In this document: piece by piece, positions 17,349-25,490 of the stretch
Layout of the letters: every line of letters starts with the position of its first letter
Position numbering within the stretch: position 1 is the stretch's first letter
From: an uncultured Caldisericota bacterium
Lineage (GTDB): Bacteria > Caldisericota > Caldisericia > B22-G15
DNA length: 39,526 nt
Assembly: GCA_964575745.1 (NCBI GenBank)
Contig: CAZNRO010000002.1
Span: 1-39,526 of the forward strand
Reading direction: 5' to 3'
Position numbers and translations under genes: made by a program
The notes under the pieces: model-generated
The model's input: only the letters and a program-made list of their open reading frames with translations
The model's database searches: none
Told to the model about the DNA's origin: nothing

Positions 17349-18753
17349 TTATCTTTACTCCTTTCTCAAAGAGGAATTTTTCAACAAAATCTCCACCATC
17401 TTTTACCTCTTCTTTTAAAAACCTTAGCTCTTTGGATGAGATTTCATCTATTCCTTTCAATCTATGTTTAAGGTAGGACCTTTTAATATCTTCCATTGGG
17501 TATTCCTCAAAACCAAGTTCTTTTACATCCTCTGGAATAACAATTTTCTTTCCAGGAATGTTGTCTTTTGGATTTCCAATAGTTACCTCAATTCCCATCT
17601 CTTCAGCAAAGGTTAGTTGAGCATAAGGGTGTTTTCCAGCGCCTGTATATTCTGTTTCCTGAACCACTATTATCTTGTCCTCAGGCAGCTCTCTTGCAAA
17701 AGGTATTGCTGCTGACAGAGAAGTATTTCCAGCAGGTCCTCTCTCTATTCCCTCAATCTGTGCTAAAAGAATTGTTGTGTAAAAAACTTCTCCTTGAGAG
17801 ACAAGAAGGTATCTATCCATATATCTTAGCGGTCTTGCTGCATTTATTGGCACATCCACTCTGTCTGGATTTATTGCAAAAGGTACACCAAAACCTGTGT
17901 GGCCAGTTGTAAAAGATTTTCTATTAAAGTCATAATCGCTTGCCATATGAAGTCCTCTTAGGTCCACTGAAACTCCAATAATCTTTGTATCTTTACACCC
18001 AGCTTCCATTAAGCCTCTTGCAGTCCCTGTTACATTTCCACCCCCTGCATGAGTTACAAGAACATAATCTGGACATCTTCCATATTTTTCCTTTACCTCA
18101 ATACCTATTTCATAACCCAATGTTTCAATCCCTTTTATTCCATAGGGAGTGTAGAGTGATGCATTAAAATAACCAGTTTCGTCAAGGAGAACAAGAGCCC
18201 AATAGAATAGTTCTGGTCCAACAGTAAGTTGCCATACTTCTGCTCCATAAGCTTCACATTTTCTTCCCTTCTCAAGTATTTCAGGTTGACCAATCCCTTT
18301 TGAGTCAAATACCTCTTGAACGATTATGCATTTTAAATTTCTCTGGGCTGCCTGAGATGCAACTGCAGCTCCATAGTTTCCGCTTGTTTCTGCAATGACG
18401 CCTTCATAACCCTTTTTCTTTGCCTCATACACCGATAAGGCAGCTCTCCTTGACTTGAAGGATCCTGAAGCGTTTGCTGCTTCATCTTTCAAAAGAATTT
18501 TTGCTCCAAAACCCTTTCTTGATATTTTTTTAATCACTCTATTTAGGTTTTTCAATTCATACATAGGTGTATTGCCTACTTTTGTTTCATTGAGTATCTT
18601 TCCTACATCTTCTATGGAGTATCCAATAGAACTCATCAATCCTTCATAGTTAAATCCAATTTTCCCAAATCTGAATTTATCGTAATCAAGTCCTCCAAGA
18701 CATTTCTTCATAATTTCTGGACTTTTTCTCATAAACTCTTCAACTTTACCCAT
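17341..18753 (-). CDS. ortB: 2-amino-4-ketopentanoate thiolase beta subunit (PLP-dependent, fold type II)
   Basis: The Trp-synthase-beta-like PLP lysine motif SGSFKSR and a glycine loop HAGGGNVTG are present. I moved the start to ATG 18753, which has GGAGGA 5-6 nt upstream. The track start at 18798 would overlap ortA by 53 nt and has no Shine-Dalgarno. Confidence 0.8.
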   Translation of the reverse strand: MGKVEEFMRKSPEIMKKCLGGLDYDKFRFGKIGFNYEGLMSSIGYSIEDVGKILNETKVGNTPMYELKNLNRVIKKISRKGFGAKILLKDEAANASGSFKSRRAALSVYEAKKKGYEGVIAETSGNYGAAVASQAAQRNLKCIIVQEVFDSKGIGQPEILEKGRKCEAYGAEVWQLTVGPELFYWALVLLDETGYFNASLYTPYGIKGIETLGYEIGIEVKEKYGRCPDYVLVTHAGGGNVTGTARGLMEAGCKDTKIIGVSVDLRGLHMASDYDFNRKSFTTGHTGFGVPFAINPDRVDVPINAARPLRYMDRYLLVSQGEVFYTTILLAQIEGIERGPAGNTSLSAAIPFARELPEDKIIVVQETEYTGAGKHPYAQLTFAEEMGIEVTIGNPKDNIPGKKIVIPEDVKELGFEEYPMEDIKRSYLKHRLKGIDEISSKELRFLKEEVKDGGDFVEKFLFEKGVKINA

Positions 18754-19048
18754 TCTTGTCCTCCAGATATCTTTCTCTAATTTTCTTCCCAATATCAACC
18801 AGTTCTCTTATTGGTTTACCAAAGTTGTGTTTGTAAGGGGGTGAAACCGAAATAAGAATTCCTCGTACTTTTCTTCCAATGGGTGTTTCAATCTCAACAG
18901 TATCTCCAATGTTTGCATCATGCAGTAAATACCCTCTTACCTTTGCCTCAAAAGGAACTTTTTTAGTATCGTTAGGTAAATGTTCTGCTCTTTCCTCTGG
19001 TTTAAGTAAAACCAGTTTTATTTCCACATAATCTCCTTTTCTTACCAT
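18746..19048 (-). CDS. ortA: 2-amino-4-ketopentanoate thiolase alpha subunit
   Basis: 100-aa protein (GDYVEI..LKPEERA..LP.DTKKVP...GY) resembling OrtA. I moved the start to ATG 19048, preceded by AAAGGAGGGGAC. The track's GTG at 19075 lies at the predicted transcription start. Confidence 0.75.
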   Translation of the reverse strand: MVRKGDYVEIKLVLLKPEERAEHLPNDTKKVPFEAKVRGYLLHDANIGDTVEIETPIGRKVRGILISVSPPYKHNFGKPIRELVDIGKKIRERYLEDKNG

Positions 19049-19082
19049 GTCCCCTCCTTTAATCCTCTTTTTCACCTCTACC

Positions 19083-19111
19083 AGTATATAAAAAAGAAAT
19101 CAGCCTGTCAA
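19083..19111 (-). promoter_or_regulatory. Near-consensus promoter of ortA-ortB-oraS-oraE
   Basis: On the minus strand: TTGACA (19111-19106), a 17-nt spacer, then TATACT (19088-19083). The predicted TSS is near 19076, about 28 nt before ATG 19048. Confidence 0.6.
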
Positions 19112-19121
19112 ACAGGCTGAT
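19090..19121 (-). terminator. Intrinsic terminator after the FabL-like gene
   Basis: Minus-strand RNA ATCAGCCTG-TTTGA-CAGGCTGAT (9-bp stem) followed by TTCTTTTTT. It lies 58 nt downstream of the stop codon at 19179. Confidence 0.7.
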
Positions 19122-19178
19122 GGCGAAATTTTTAAATATTAAATTTTAAAAAACCTAAATTGTGGACTTAAGCCTCAA

Positions 19179-19970
19179 CTATGCTGCTAAATCTTCTCCT
19201 CCATCCACTCTTATCACATTTCCTGTCATCCAATGTAAATTTTTATCCGTTAGAGCAGCTATAGCTTTTCCGATGTCTTCTGTAGTTGTAAGTCTTTTAC
19301 TTGGATTTTTAAGTTTTGCAAGTTTTACGAGTTCTTCATTACCGGGAATTTTTCTTAAAGCTGGTGTGTCTGTAACTCCAGCTTTTATTGCGTTGGCAGT
19401 TATACCAAAAGGTGCAAGTTCATAAGCAAGCTGTCTTATATAGGATTCTATGGCAGCCTTTGCTGCTGAAACTGCTCCATAGTATGGAAATACTCTTTCA
19501 TCCCCAGAGCTAACCATAGCAAAGATCCTTCCTCCATTTTTAAAGAGACCTTTGTAAAATATATCTTGAACCCAATAAACAAGTTGGTTTGCCATAACGT
19601 CAAGTGTCATTTCAAGTTGTTTTTGATTTAAAGCTTCTTCTTTATCCTCCGCTATGAGCTTTCTGAGTGTTCCAAAGGCAAGGGAATGCATAACTACAAA
19701 AATGGAGTTTTCTTCACTATCATTTTTGAACCTTTCTTCAATTTTATCCAATACATATTTTCTGTTGTTTGGATCTGCTGCGTTAAGATTAAAAAATTCT
19801 ACTTCTACACCCTGCTCTTTTATTTTATTTATTACTTTCTCCACCTTTGGCATATTTACCTTTCTATCAAAATGTACACCAAAAATGTTGAAACCTTTTT
19901 TTGCAAGCTCAATACTTGTAGCAGCACCAAAACCACTGGAAGAACCAAGAATAAGTGCCCATTCTTTCAT
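19179..19970 (-). CDS. SDR-superfamily enoyl-[acyl-carrier-protein] reductase-like protein (FabL/FabI-type Y-x6-K)
   Basis: Nucleotide-binding motif GSSSGFGAA. The catalytic spacing YGAVSAAK is Y-x6-K rather than the classical YxxxK. DTPALRKIPGNEEL and the C-terminal GNVIRVDGG resemble Bacillus FabL as I remember it. I moved the start to ATG 19970 because the track's GTG is part of the GGAGGTG Shine-Dalgarno. Confidence 0.6.
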   Translation of the reverse strand: MKEWALILGSSSGFGAATSIELAKKGFNIFGVHFDRKVNMPKVEKVINKIKEQGVEVEFFNLNAADPNNRKYVLDKIEERFKNDSEENSIFVVMHSLAFGTLRKLIAEDKEEALNQKQLEMTLDVMANQLVYWVQDIFYKGLFKNGGRIFAMVSSGDERVFPYYGAVSAAKAAIESYIRQLAYELAPFGITANAIKAGVTDTPALRKIPGNEELVKLAKLKNPSKRLTTTEDIGKAIAALTDKNLHWMTGNVIRVDGGEDLAA

Positions 19971-20022
19971 ATGCACCTCCTTTTATAAAAAGAGATACTT
20001 AGAAACTATAATTGTTACATTT

Positions 20023-20712
20023 TTATGGTTTTGGTCTCGGAATTTTTGGATTACCTTCCCTTGGTCTTAAAAATCTGAAAAACATAGGTCTTCTGTTTAA
20101 AGCATTGGTTTTTTCTGCTTCAGGTTGAATGAGTAAAGAAAGTAAAGGAAATAGTAGAAAATAGAGAATAAACAGAGCTACAACTATCAAAGTTTCTCTT
20201 CTTTTAAGTTCATAGAGTACGACTATTCCATAAATAATGAGCACTATAGACCAGATATAAAAGATATCCACCCTTCTTAAAAGCTGGAAAAGGTAGATGG
20301 AGCTATTTTGAGGTAAATTTGTTGCTAAACCTATTCCTCTTCCTGGTAAACCAAGTATACTTCTAATCAAGAGAATTAAATTGTTAGGGAGGTATCCATA
20401 CACAACTATGGAAAAAAGATTTTTATATTCTCCTCTTTTTCCAATTATAAATGCAATAACTATGGATACAAACCATAAAATCAAAATACTGGCGAGAGCA
20501 CCTATTATTGATGAAATTATGGAGAGAAGTACGGGGGGTCTCGCTGATTGAGATAATTCCTGAGAAATTACCCTTATGGTACTGTATCCAGAGATTGCCT
20601 GAATTATAAAAATAACGATAAGAGGATAAAGGAAGTCTGGATTCCTCTTTAATTTTTTGAGAACCACCTTCGGTTTTATAAAGATGTAGATAAGGTTTAG
20701 TAAATCCTTCAT
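20023..20712 (-). CDS. Yip1-domain-like polytopic membrane protein
   Basis: 229 aa with about five hydrophobic helices. The N-terminal IKPKVVLKKLKRNPDFLYPLIV segment is typical of bacterial Yip1/DUF1282-type proteins. AGGAGGAAAAGC precedes the ATG. Confidence 0.5.
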   Translation of the reverse strand: MKDLLNLIYIFIKPKVVLKKLKRNPDFLYPLIVIFIIQAISGYSTIRVISQELSQSARPPVLLSIISSIIGALASILILWFVSIVIAFIIGKRGEYKNLFSIVVYGYLPNNLILLIRSILGLPGRGIGLATNLPQNSSIYLFQLLRRVDIFYIWSIVLIIYGIVVLYELKRRETLIVVALFILYFLLFPLLSLLIQPEAEKTNALNRRPMFFRFLRPREGNPKIPRPKP

Positions 20713-20724
20713 GCTTTTCCTCCT

Positions 20725-21987
20725 TTATTCATATCTTAAAGCTTCAACAGGTTTTAAGTTTGCCGCCCTATAGGATGGAATTAGGCCTGCAATAAGACCC
20801 ACTACCGTTGCAAATACTATAGCAAAAAGCATAAGCCACAAAGGAGCAGAGACTTTAAGAGTTGCACCAGATACCATAGTTGATGAGAAAAAGGTTATAA
20901 TGTTGTTTAATAGAAGAGAAAGAAGAATTCCGCCTATTCCACCAAGAAATCCCAATGCAGCTGCTTCAGAGAGAAACATCCAGAGTATATCTGTATTTGA
21001 TGCACCAATTGCCTTCATTATCCCAATCTGCCTTGTCCTTTCGTATATGGACATTGTCATTGTGTTTACAATACCTATCCCTGCAACAAGGAGTGATATT
21101 CCTGCGATTCCTGCAAGTATAAATTGTAAAATTTTAAAGACTGTGGAGATTGAATTGATAATACTCTGAATGGAAAACACGACAAAACCCATATCTTCTA
21201 TCCTTTCAGTAACTTTATTTACAGTGTCAACATCTTTTACCTTTACAATAACCCTATTATATCCAGTGACTTCTGGTTTTATTGTTCTTCCTGTGCGCCA
21301 TTCATTTACACTTATTACAGTATTAATCGGTGCATACACGCTGTAGTCATCCTGAGTTCCTTTTTCTTTTAATACACCCACCACTCTAAAAATATAGGTT
21401 TTCTTTTCTATCCTTTCGCCAGTTATTTTTTTAACTGTGACCTTAAACATTTTTCCTAAAGGATTTACCGTTTCTGATGCACCAGTTTTTGGATTGTAGA
21501 AAGTTTCTCCAAACTTTGATCCAACTACCACTGCATATTTATCACTCTTTGTGATATACCTTCCCTTCTCAAGCTCTCCTGCTATTTTCTCAACTTCCTT
21601 GGGTTCAATTCCTGTGAAGCTTACGCTACCCTCAAGCCTTCCTATTTTTACAATTACATCAGGAAAGGCATATACAGGAGAGAGAGCCTCTATTCCTTCA
21701 ATTTTCCTAATTTGATTGATGGCATCTTCATCAAGTATTTTTATCTCTTCTGTTTTTCTTGGAGTGAAAGGACCTAATCTTAGATTACTTGGATAAACAG
21801 TAAGAATAGTTAAATCTCCTACAGATTCAAATTGAGAAGTTATGCTTGTTTGCATAGCAATTCCTACAGATACGAGGGTTATTATTGCAGCAACACCAAT
21901 TAGAACTCCTAATGATGTAAGGACAGTTCTTGTTTTCGATCTCTTTAGATTTCTAACTACAATGGAAACTGTGTCTGAGAATCTCAA
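20725..21987 (-). CDS. MacB-type ABC transporter permease (N-terminal TM, large extracytoplasmic domain, C-terminal FtsX 3-TM bundle)
   Basis: TTG start. The N-terminus is ..NLKRSKTRTVLTSLGVLIGVAAII. An extracytoplasmic domain of about 240 aa follows, then the FtsX motif ERTRQIGIMKAIGAS. Confidence 0.8.
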   Translation of the reverse strand: MRFSDTVSIVVRNLKRSKTRTVLTSLGVLIGVAAIITLVSVGIAMQTSITSQFESVGDLTILTVYPSNLRLGPFTPRKTEEIKILDEDAINQIRKIEGIEALSPVYAFPDVIVKIGRLEGSVSFTGIEPKEVEKIAGELEKGRYITKSDKYAVVVGSKFGETFYNPKTGASETVNPLGKMFKVTVKKITGERIEKKTYIFRVVGVLKEKGTQDDYSVYAPINTVISVNEWRTGRTIKPEVTGYNRVIVKVKDVDTVNKVTERIEDMGFVVFSIQSIINSISTVFKILQFILAGIAGISLLVAGIGIVNTMTMSIYERTRQIGIMKAIGASNTDILWMFLSEAAALGFLGGIGGILLSLLLNNIITFFSSTMVSGATLKVSAPLWLMLFAIVFATVVGLIAGLIPSYRAANLKPVEALRYE

Positions 21988-21989
21988 TT

Positions 21990-24674
21990 TTATTTACCTA
22001 AACCAAAAAGTGAGAGAATAAATCTAATGAGCTTTTGCCAGAAGGTCAATCTTTCCTCTTTTGGTCCCTCTTCGGTTTGCTTTTCTATAACCTTAATCAC
22101 TACAGGTTTTTCCTCCTCATGAATTTCGTTGGAGTCATCTACATACTGCACCACTATTTCTCCCTGGTATGTTCCTGACTCTTTTATATTTCCTTCGAAT
22201 TCATATGTATCAAAATTTCCAACATCAAGAGTTCCTATGTAATAATCTCCACCTTTAACAGGTAAACTTTTTAAGAATACAACTATACCCTTTACAGGAA
22301 AGTTTCCTGTATTACCTATATCGCAGGAGATAACAAAATTTTCTCCTTCTTCAATTTCGTCTGGATAGACAAGATTAAATATTGAAATAAGTGGGTTCCT
22401 TAAGATCGTAACTCCGATGGATGCTCTATTCTCATACCTATTTCCGTCTTTATCTTCATAATTTATAGTTAGTATTAGATTGTAAGCACCAGAATTTGCA
22501 TCTGGAGATACAGAGAAAGAATAGAGAGAATTTATTCCACTGCCCGGGGATAGTTTTAGATATGTATTAATGTTTGAGCTGTTGAGCGGAGAGAACGGAA
22601 ATAGATTGTTTGAACCCTCAACCTTGTCTATTTTTAATGTTATGTTATATGCTGTTTCCTGTGAGAAATTTAACACAGAAACACTTACCTTAATATTTCC
22701 TCCAGGAGTCACTTCATACGGCACTACACTAAAAGACGAGATAGATAAGGTGAGATTCTTTTGTGGTTCTTTTCTTGAAACTACAACACCTATTCTCTGT
22801 TCTTCCTTATACACGGTTGTATTTTCGTATGTAATTCTTGTAAGAAAGTTGTAAACTCCGTCTTTTGCATCATTTGACACAGAGAAAGTTATACTCTTTG
22901 TAACTTCTTTTTTGGGCTCAATTGTGTCAAAGTAAATTGTACTTCCTTTTTGAGTAGGAGAAAATGGTGATAAATCATTTGTCATGCCTACACTTACAAA
23001 TTCAAATTTAGTGTTTTTAGCTTCGCTTTCTCCTTTGTTAAGGAGTGTTATTTTAACATTAATATTTTCTCCAGGTAATGCAACTTTGGGTTCCATAGTA
23101 ATATCTTTAATTATAATGTTAGGTTCGTTCTTCTCTTCTTTTTCTGAAACGTAAATTCCTACCTTTTCAACCCTTGTATATTCTTTTAAGGAAAGATCTT
23201 TAAAATAGATGTTAAAAAGCATATTGTAAGTTTTAATAGGGGCATCTTCATCAATATAAAGATTAAATACTACCTCTTTTTCATCTTCTGGAGGTATATC
23301 TCCTATATAAATAGTGCCACCACCTTTTGTTAAAGAAAATGGATACAATGAGTTAGTACCTTCAACGTTTTGAAGTGAGATTCTTACATCTTTTGCAGAA
23401 CTCTCTCCAAAATTTTTAATACTTAAGGTCAGTTTAAAGTCATCACCCTGAATTACCTTTTCTTTGTCTATAGAAAACTTTGATAGATATACATCCGGTA
23501 ATTTTGAAGTGATAAGAATACCTACATTTTTTGTTTCCTTGAACGAATTACCTTCCTCATCTTCGTATTCAATTTGAAATATAATATTGTACAGTGATGG
23601 TTCTACCTTTTTATCACTTCCAAAAACAAGAGTCTTTTCTACAGCACTTTCATGTTCAAGTTTTTCTATATATATCGTACCTTCCTTTATAGGTGAGAAA
23701 TACTTAAGGGAACCACTCCCTTCTATGTTTGATGGAGTTATTCTAACATTCCGTGCATCCTTATTTCCGAGATTTGAAATTCTAAAGGATATACTAAAAC
23801 TTTCTCCGGGAAGAATTATTTCAGGATCAACTCTAAAAGATAGAATCTCAATGTCTGGTTTGTCGCTTTTCTCACTCACCTTTATACCTATGATTTCTTG
23901 ATCTTTATAACTTACGTGATTATTATCCTCATAAGAAAATTCTATAATAAAATTGTAGTTACCGCTTTTTATATTCTCATCCACAAGAAATTTCAAACTC
24001 ATCTGTTCTTTTTCATCTGCTTTTATTAAGTTTATATATGAAACATTTCCTCCACCATATGGAGAAAAGAACATTAATGAATTGCTTCCTTCAATTTTAG
24101 AAATTTCTACTCTAACATTACTTGCGTCCTTTCCCCCTATATTTTTAATTTTTAAGTTTAGAGAGAATATATCGCCACCTTCTATATTCTTTGGTTCTGT
24201 CTCAAATGAATCTACTGTTAGAAGGGGTCTATTCTCAATGGATGGAGGAGAAACATCAATACTTATAATTTCTTCCTCAGAATATCCTCTTCTTCCTTCA
24301 CTAAACCAGCTAACGATAATATGGATTCTATAGATTCCTGTTTGTGCCAGTGGGTCAACAAAAAACTCAAAATCTACCTTACTTTCCTCAAGTGGTTCTA
24401 TTTCTTCAATTTTTCTTGTGTCTGTTTTGTTCTTTGGATAGAAAGGACCAAGATCATTTCTACCCTCAACATTATTTACCTTCACAGTGATGTTCTTTGC
24501 GTTATCTTCGCTGCTGTTATTTTTTAGGGTAAGAGTTAGGGTGAAATTTCCTCCTGGATATATCTTTTCGGGATTCAACTTATAACTGGATACCTCAAGT
24601 TGTGGTTCAGAATAAACAACAGAAATGCCCATGATTAAACTCAAGATAATTGATAAAAGAATCAGTTTTTTCAT
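21990..24674 (-). CDS. Secreted, C-terminally anchored protein made of seven tandem CARDB-like (Ig-like beta-sandwich, COG1361 S-layer-domain-type) repeats
   Basis: Signal peptide, seven units of about 115-125 aa, and a C-terminal hydrophobic helix LTFWQKLIRFILSLFGLG. 4-nt ATGA overlap with the upstream ATPase gene. Its stop codon lies 2 nt before the permease start. Confidence 0.7.
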   Translation of the reverse strand: MKKLILLSIILSLIMGISVVYSEPQLEVSSYKLNPEKIYPGGNFTLTLTLKNNSSEDNAKNITVKVNNVEGRNDLGPFYPKNKTDTRKIEEIEPLEESKVDFEFFVDPLAQTGIYRIHIIVSWFSEGRRGYSEEEIISIDVSPPSIENRPLLTVDSFETEPKNIEGGDIFSLNLKIKNIGGKDASNVRVEISKIEGSNSLMFFSPYGGGNVSYINLIKADEKEQMSLKFLVDENIKSGNYNFIIEFSYEDNNHVSYKDQEIIGIKVSEKSDKPDIEILSFRVDPEIILPGESFSISFRISNLGNKDARNVRITPSNIEGSGSLKYFSPIKEGTIYIEKLEHESAVEKTLVFGSDKKVEPSLYNIIFQIEYEDEEGNSFKETKNVGILITSKLPDVYLSKFSIDKEKVIQGDDFKLTLSIKNFGESSAKDVRISLQNVEGTNSLYPFSLTKGGGTIYIGDIPPEDEKEVVFNLYIDEDAPIKTYNMLFNIYFKDLSLKEYTRVEKVGIYVSEKEEKNEPNIIIKDITMEPKVALPGENINVKITLLNKGESEAKNTKFEFVSVGMTNDLSPFSPTQKGSTIYFDTIEPKKEVTKSITFSVSNDAKDGVYNFLTRITYENTTVYKEEQRIGVVVSRKEPQKNLTLSISSFSVVPYEVTPGGNIKVSVSVLNFSQETAYNITLKIDKVEGSNNLFPFSPLNSSNINTYLKLSPGSGINSLYSFSVSPDANSGAYNLILTINYEDKDGNRYENRASIGVTILRNPLISIFNLVYPDEIEEGENFVISCDIGNTGNFPVKGIVVFLKSLPVKGGDYYIGTLDVGNFDTYEFEGNIKESGTYQGEIVVQYVDDSNEIHEEEKPVVIKVIEKQTEEGPKEERLTFWQKLIRFILSLFGLGK
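22086..24602 (-). repeat. Seven protein-level tandem domain repeats (period about 360 nt)
   Basis: Each unit opens with a strand plus PG/GG (e.g. LNPEKIYPGGNFTLTLTLKNNS, TEPKNIEGGDIFSLNLKIKNIG, VDPEIILPGESFSISFRISNLG). A..NV.V....(V/I)EG.N.L.PFSP follows, then a Y-N-(F/L/I)-I strand. The DNA copies have diverged and are not nucleotide-identical. Confidence 0.7.
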
Positions 24675-25387
24675 TGTTTCCTCCTTAAATTTTCTATATT
24701 TTCTATTTTTCCATCTCTTATGTGTATGATCCTATCACCGAAATGCGCAACTTCAGGATCATGAGTAACCATTACAATGGTCTTCCCAAATTCTCTGTTT
24801 ACCTTTACCATTTCCTCCATAATTTTTCCTCCTGTTTTTGTATCAAGGTTTCCTGTGGGTTCATCGGCGAGGATTATTTCTGGATTGTTAGCAAGAGCTC
24901 TTGCTATACTAACTCTTTGTTGTTCACCTCCAGAGAGTTCACTCGGTCTATGATGAAGTCTATCTCCAAGCCCTAAGGATGCAAGAAGTGCCTCTGCTCT
25001 TTTCTTCCTCTCGTTCGTGGGAATATTATAAAATATCATAGGTAACTCTACATTCTCAATAGCTGTTAACGTGGGTATTAAATTGTAAGCCTGAAATACA
25101 AAACCAACATTTTTTCTTCTGAATATTGCAAGCTGATTCTCATTTAAAGTTGAAAGATCTACTCCATTTATAAAGACTTTGCCACCTGTAGGTTTTTGAA
25201 GTCCACCAAGCAGATTGAGAAGTGTAGATTTTCCACTTCCAGAGGGTCCCATGATTACTGCGAACTCACCTCTTTTTATCTTTAAATCAACGCCTCTTAA
25301 TGCTGGGACGACCACCTTCCCAAGTAAATATTCCTCAGTAAGATTTTCTGTACTTATCACATATTCTTCCATATCACTTCCTCTCAT
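24671..25387 (-). CDS. MacB/LolD-type ABC transporter ATP-binding protein
   Basis: Walker [11 protein letters not shown]-loop FVFQ, signature LSGGEQQR, Walker B ILADEPT, and the H-loop THD. The start is ambiguous between ATG 25387 and ATG 25372; the latter has GAGGAAG upstream. Confidence 0.85.
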   Translation of the reverse strand: MRGSDMEEYVISTENLTEEYLLGKVVVPALRGVDLKIKRGEFAVIMGPSGSGKSTLLNLLGGLQKPTGGKVFINGVDLSTLNENQLAIFRRKNVGFVFQAYNLIPTLTAIENVELPMIFYNIPTNERKKRAEALLASLGLGDRLHHRPSELSGGEQQRVSIARALANNPEIILADEPTGNLDTKTGGKIMEEMVKVNREFGKTIVMVTHDPEVAHFGDRIIHIRDGKIENIENLRRKQ

Positions 25388-25434
25388 AGCTCCAAACTAA
25401 TATACGGACAAAATAACCCTTTTGTTTCATCCGC

Positions 25435-25447
25435 TGAACATTGTTCA
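25435..25447 (-). promoter_or_regulatory. 13-bp perfect palindrome TGAACA-A-TGTTCA abutting a candidate -10 box (possible operator of the ABC operon)
   Basis: On the minus strand: TTCCAA (25474-25469), 16 nt, TATAGT (25452-25447), then the palindrome starting at the last base of the -10. It lies about 48 nt upstream of ATG 25387. Confidence 0.3.
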
Positions 25448-25490
25448 CTATATAAGTATACTAAATTTTTGGAAGTTTTGTTTTTTTAAT

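Noticed and set aside
18754-19075. I examined the longer ORF-track starts for ortB (18798), ortA (GTG 19075), the FabL-like gene (GTG 19976) and the 153-aa hypothetical protein (TTG 37675).
   Set aside because: In each case an ATG slightly downstream has a proper GGAGG Shine-Dalgarno or promoter spacing. The upstream codon is part of the Shine-Dalgarno itself, or sits at or before the predicted transcription start, or forces a long overlap with the preceding gene.
19179-19970. I considered whether the SDR gene beside the ort/ora operon is a non-orthologous replacement for the missing 2,4-diaminopentanoate dehydrogenase.
   Set aside because: A strong intrinsic terminator (19090-19121) and a separate promoter isolate it from ortA. 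Its Y-x6-K spacing and C-terminal motifs look like FabL/FabI-type enoyl-ACP reductases. It is more likely co-transcribed with the upstream ABC/Yip1 genes.
22086-24602. The roughly 360-nt periodicity could in principle be a CRISPR-like or satellite DNA repeat.
   Set aside because: The period lies within one continuous 894-codon ORF. The copies are diverged at the DNA level and conserved only as protein domains, and there are no short identical direct repeats with spacers.
25435-25447. I considered whether the palindrome TGAACAATGTTCA is a LexA (Cheo-type) SOS box.
   Set aside because: The Gram-positive-type SOS box is GAAC-N4-GTTC. Here the half-sites are separated by 3 nt (GAAC-AAT-GTTC), and the downstream genes are not SOS functions.
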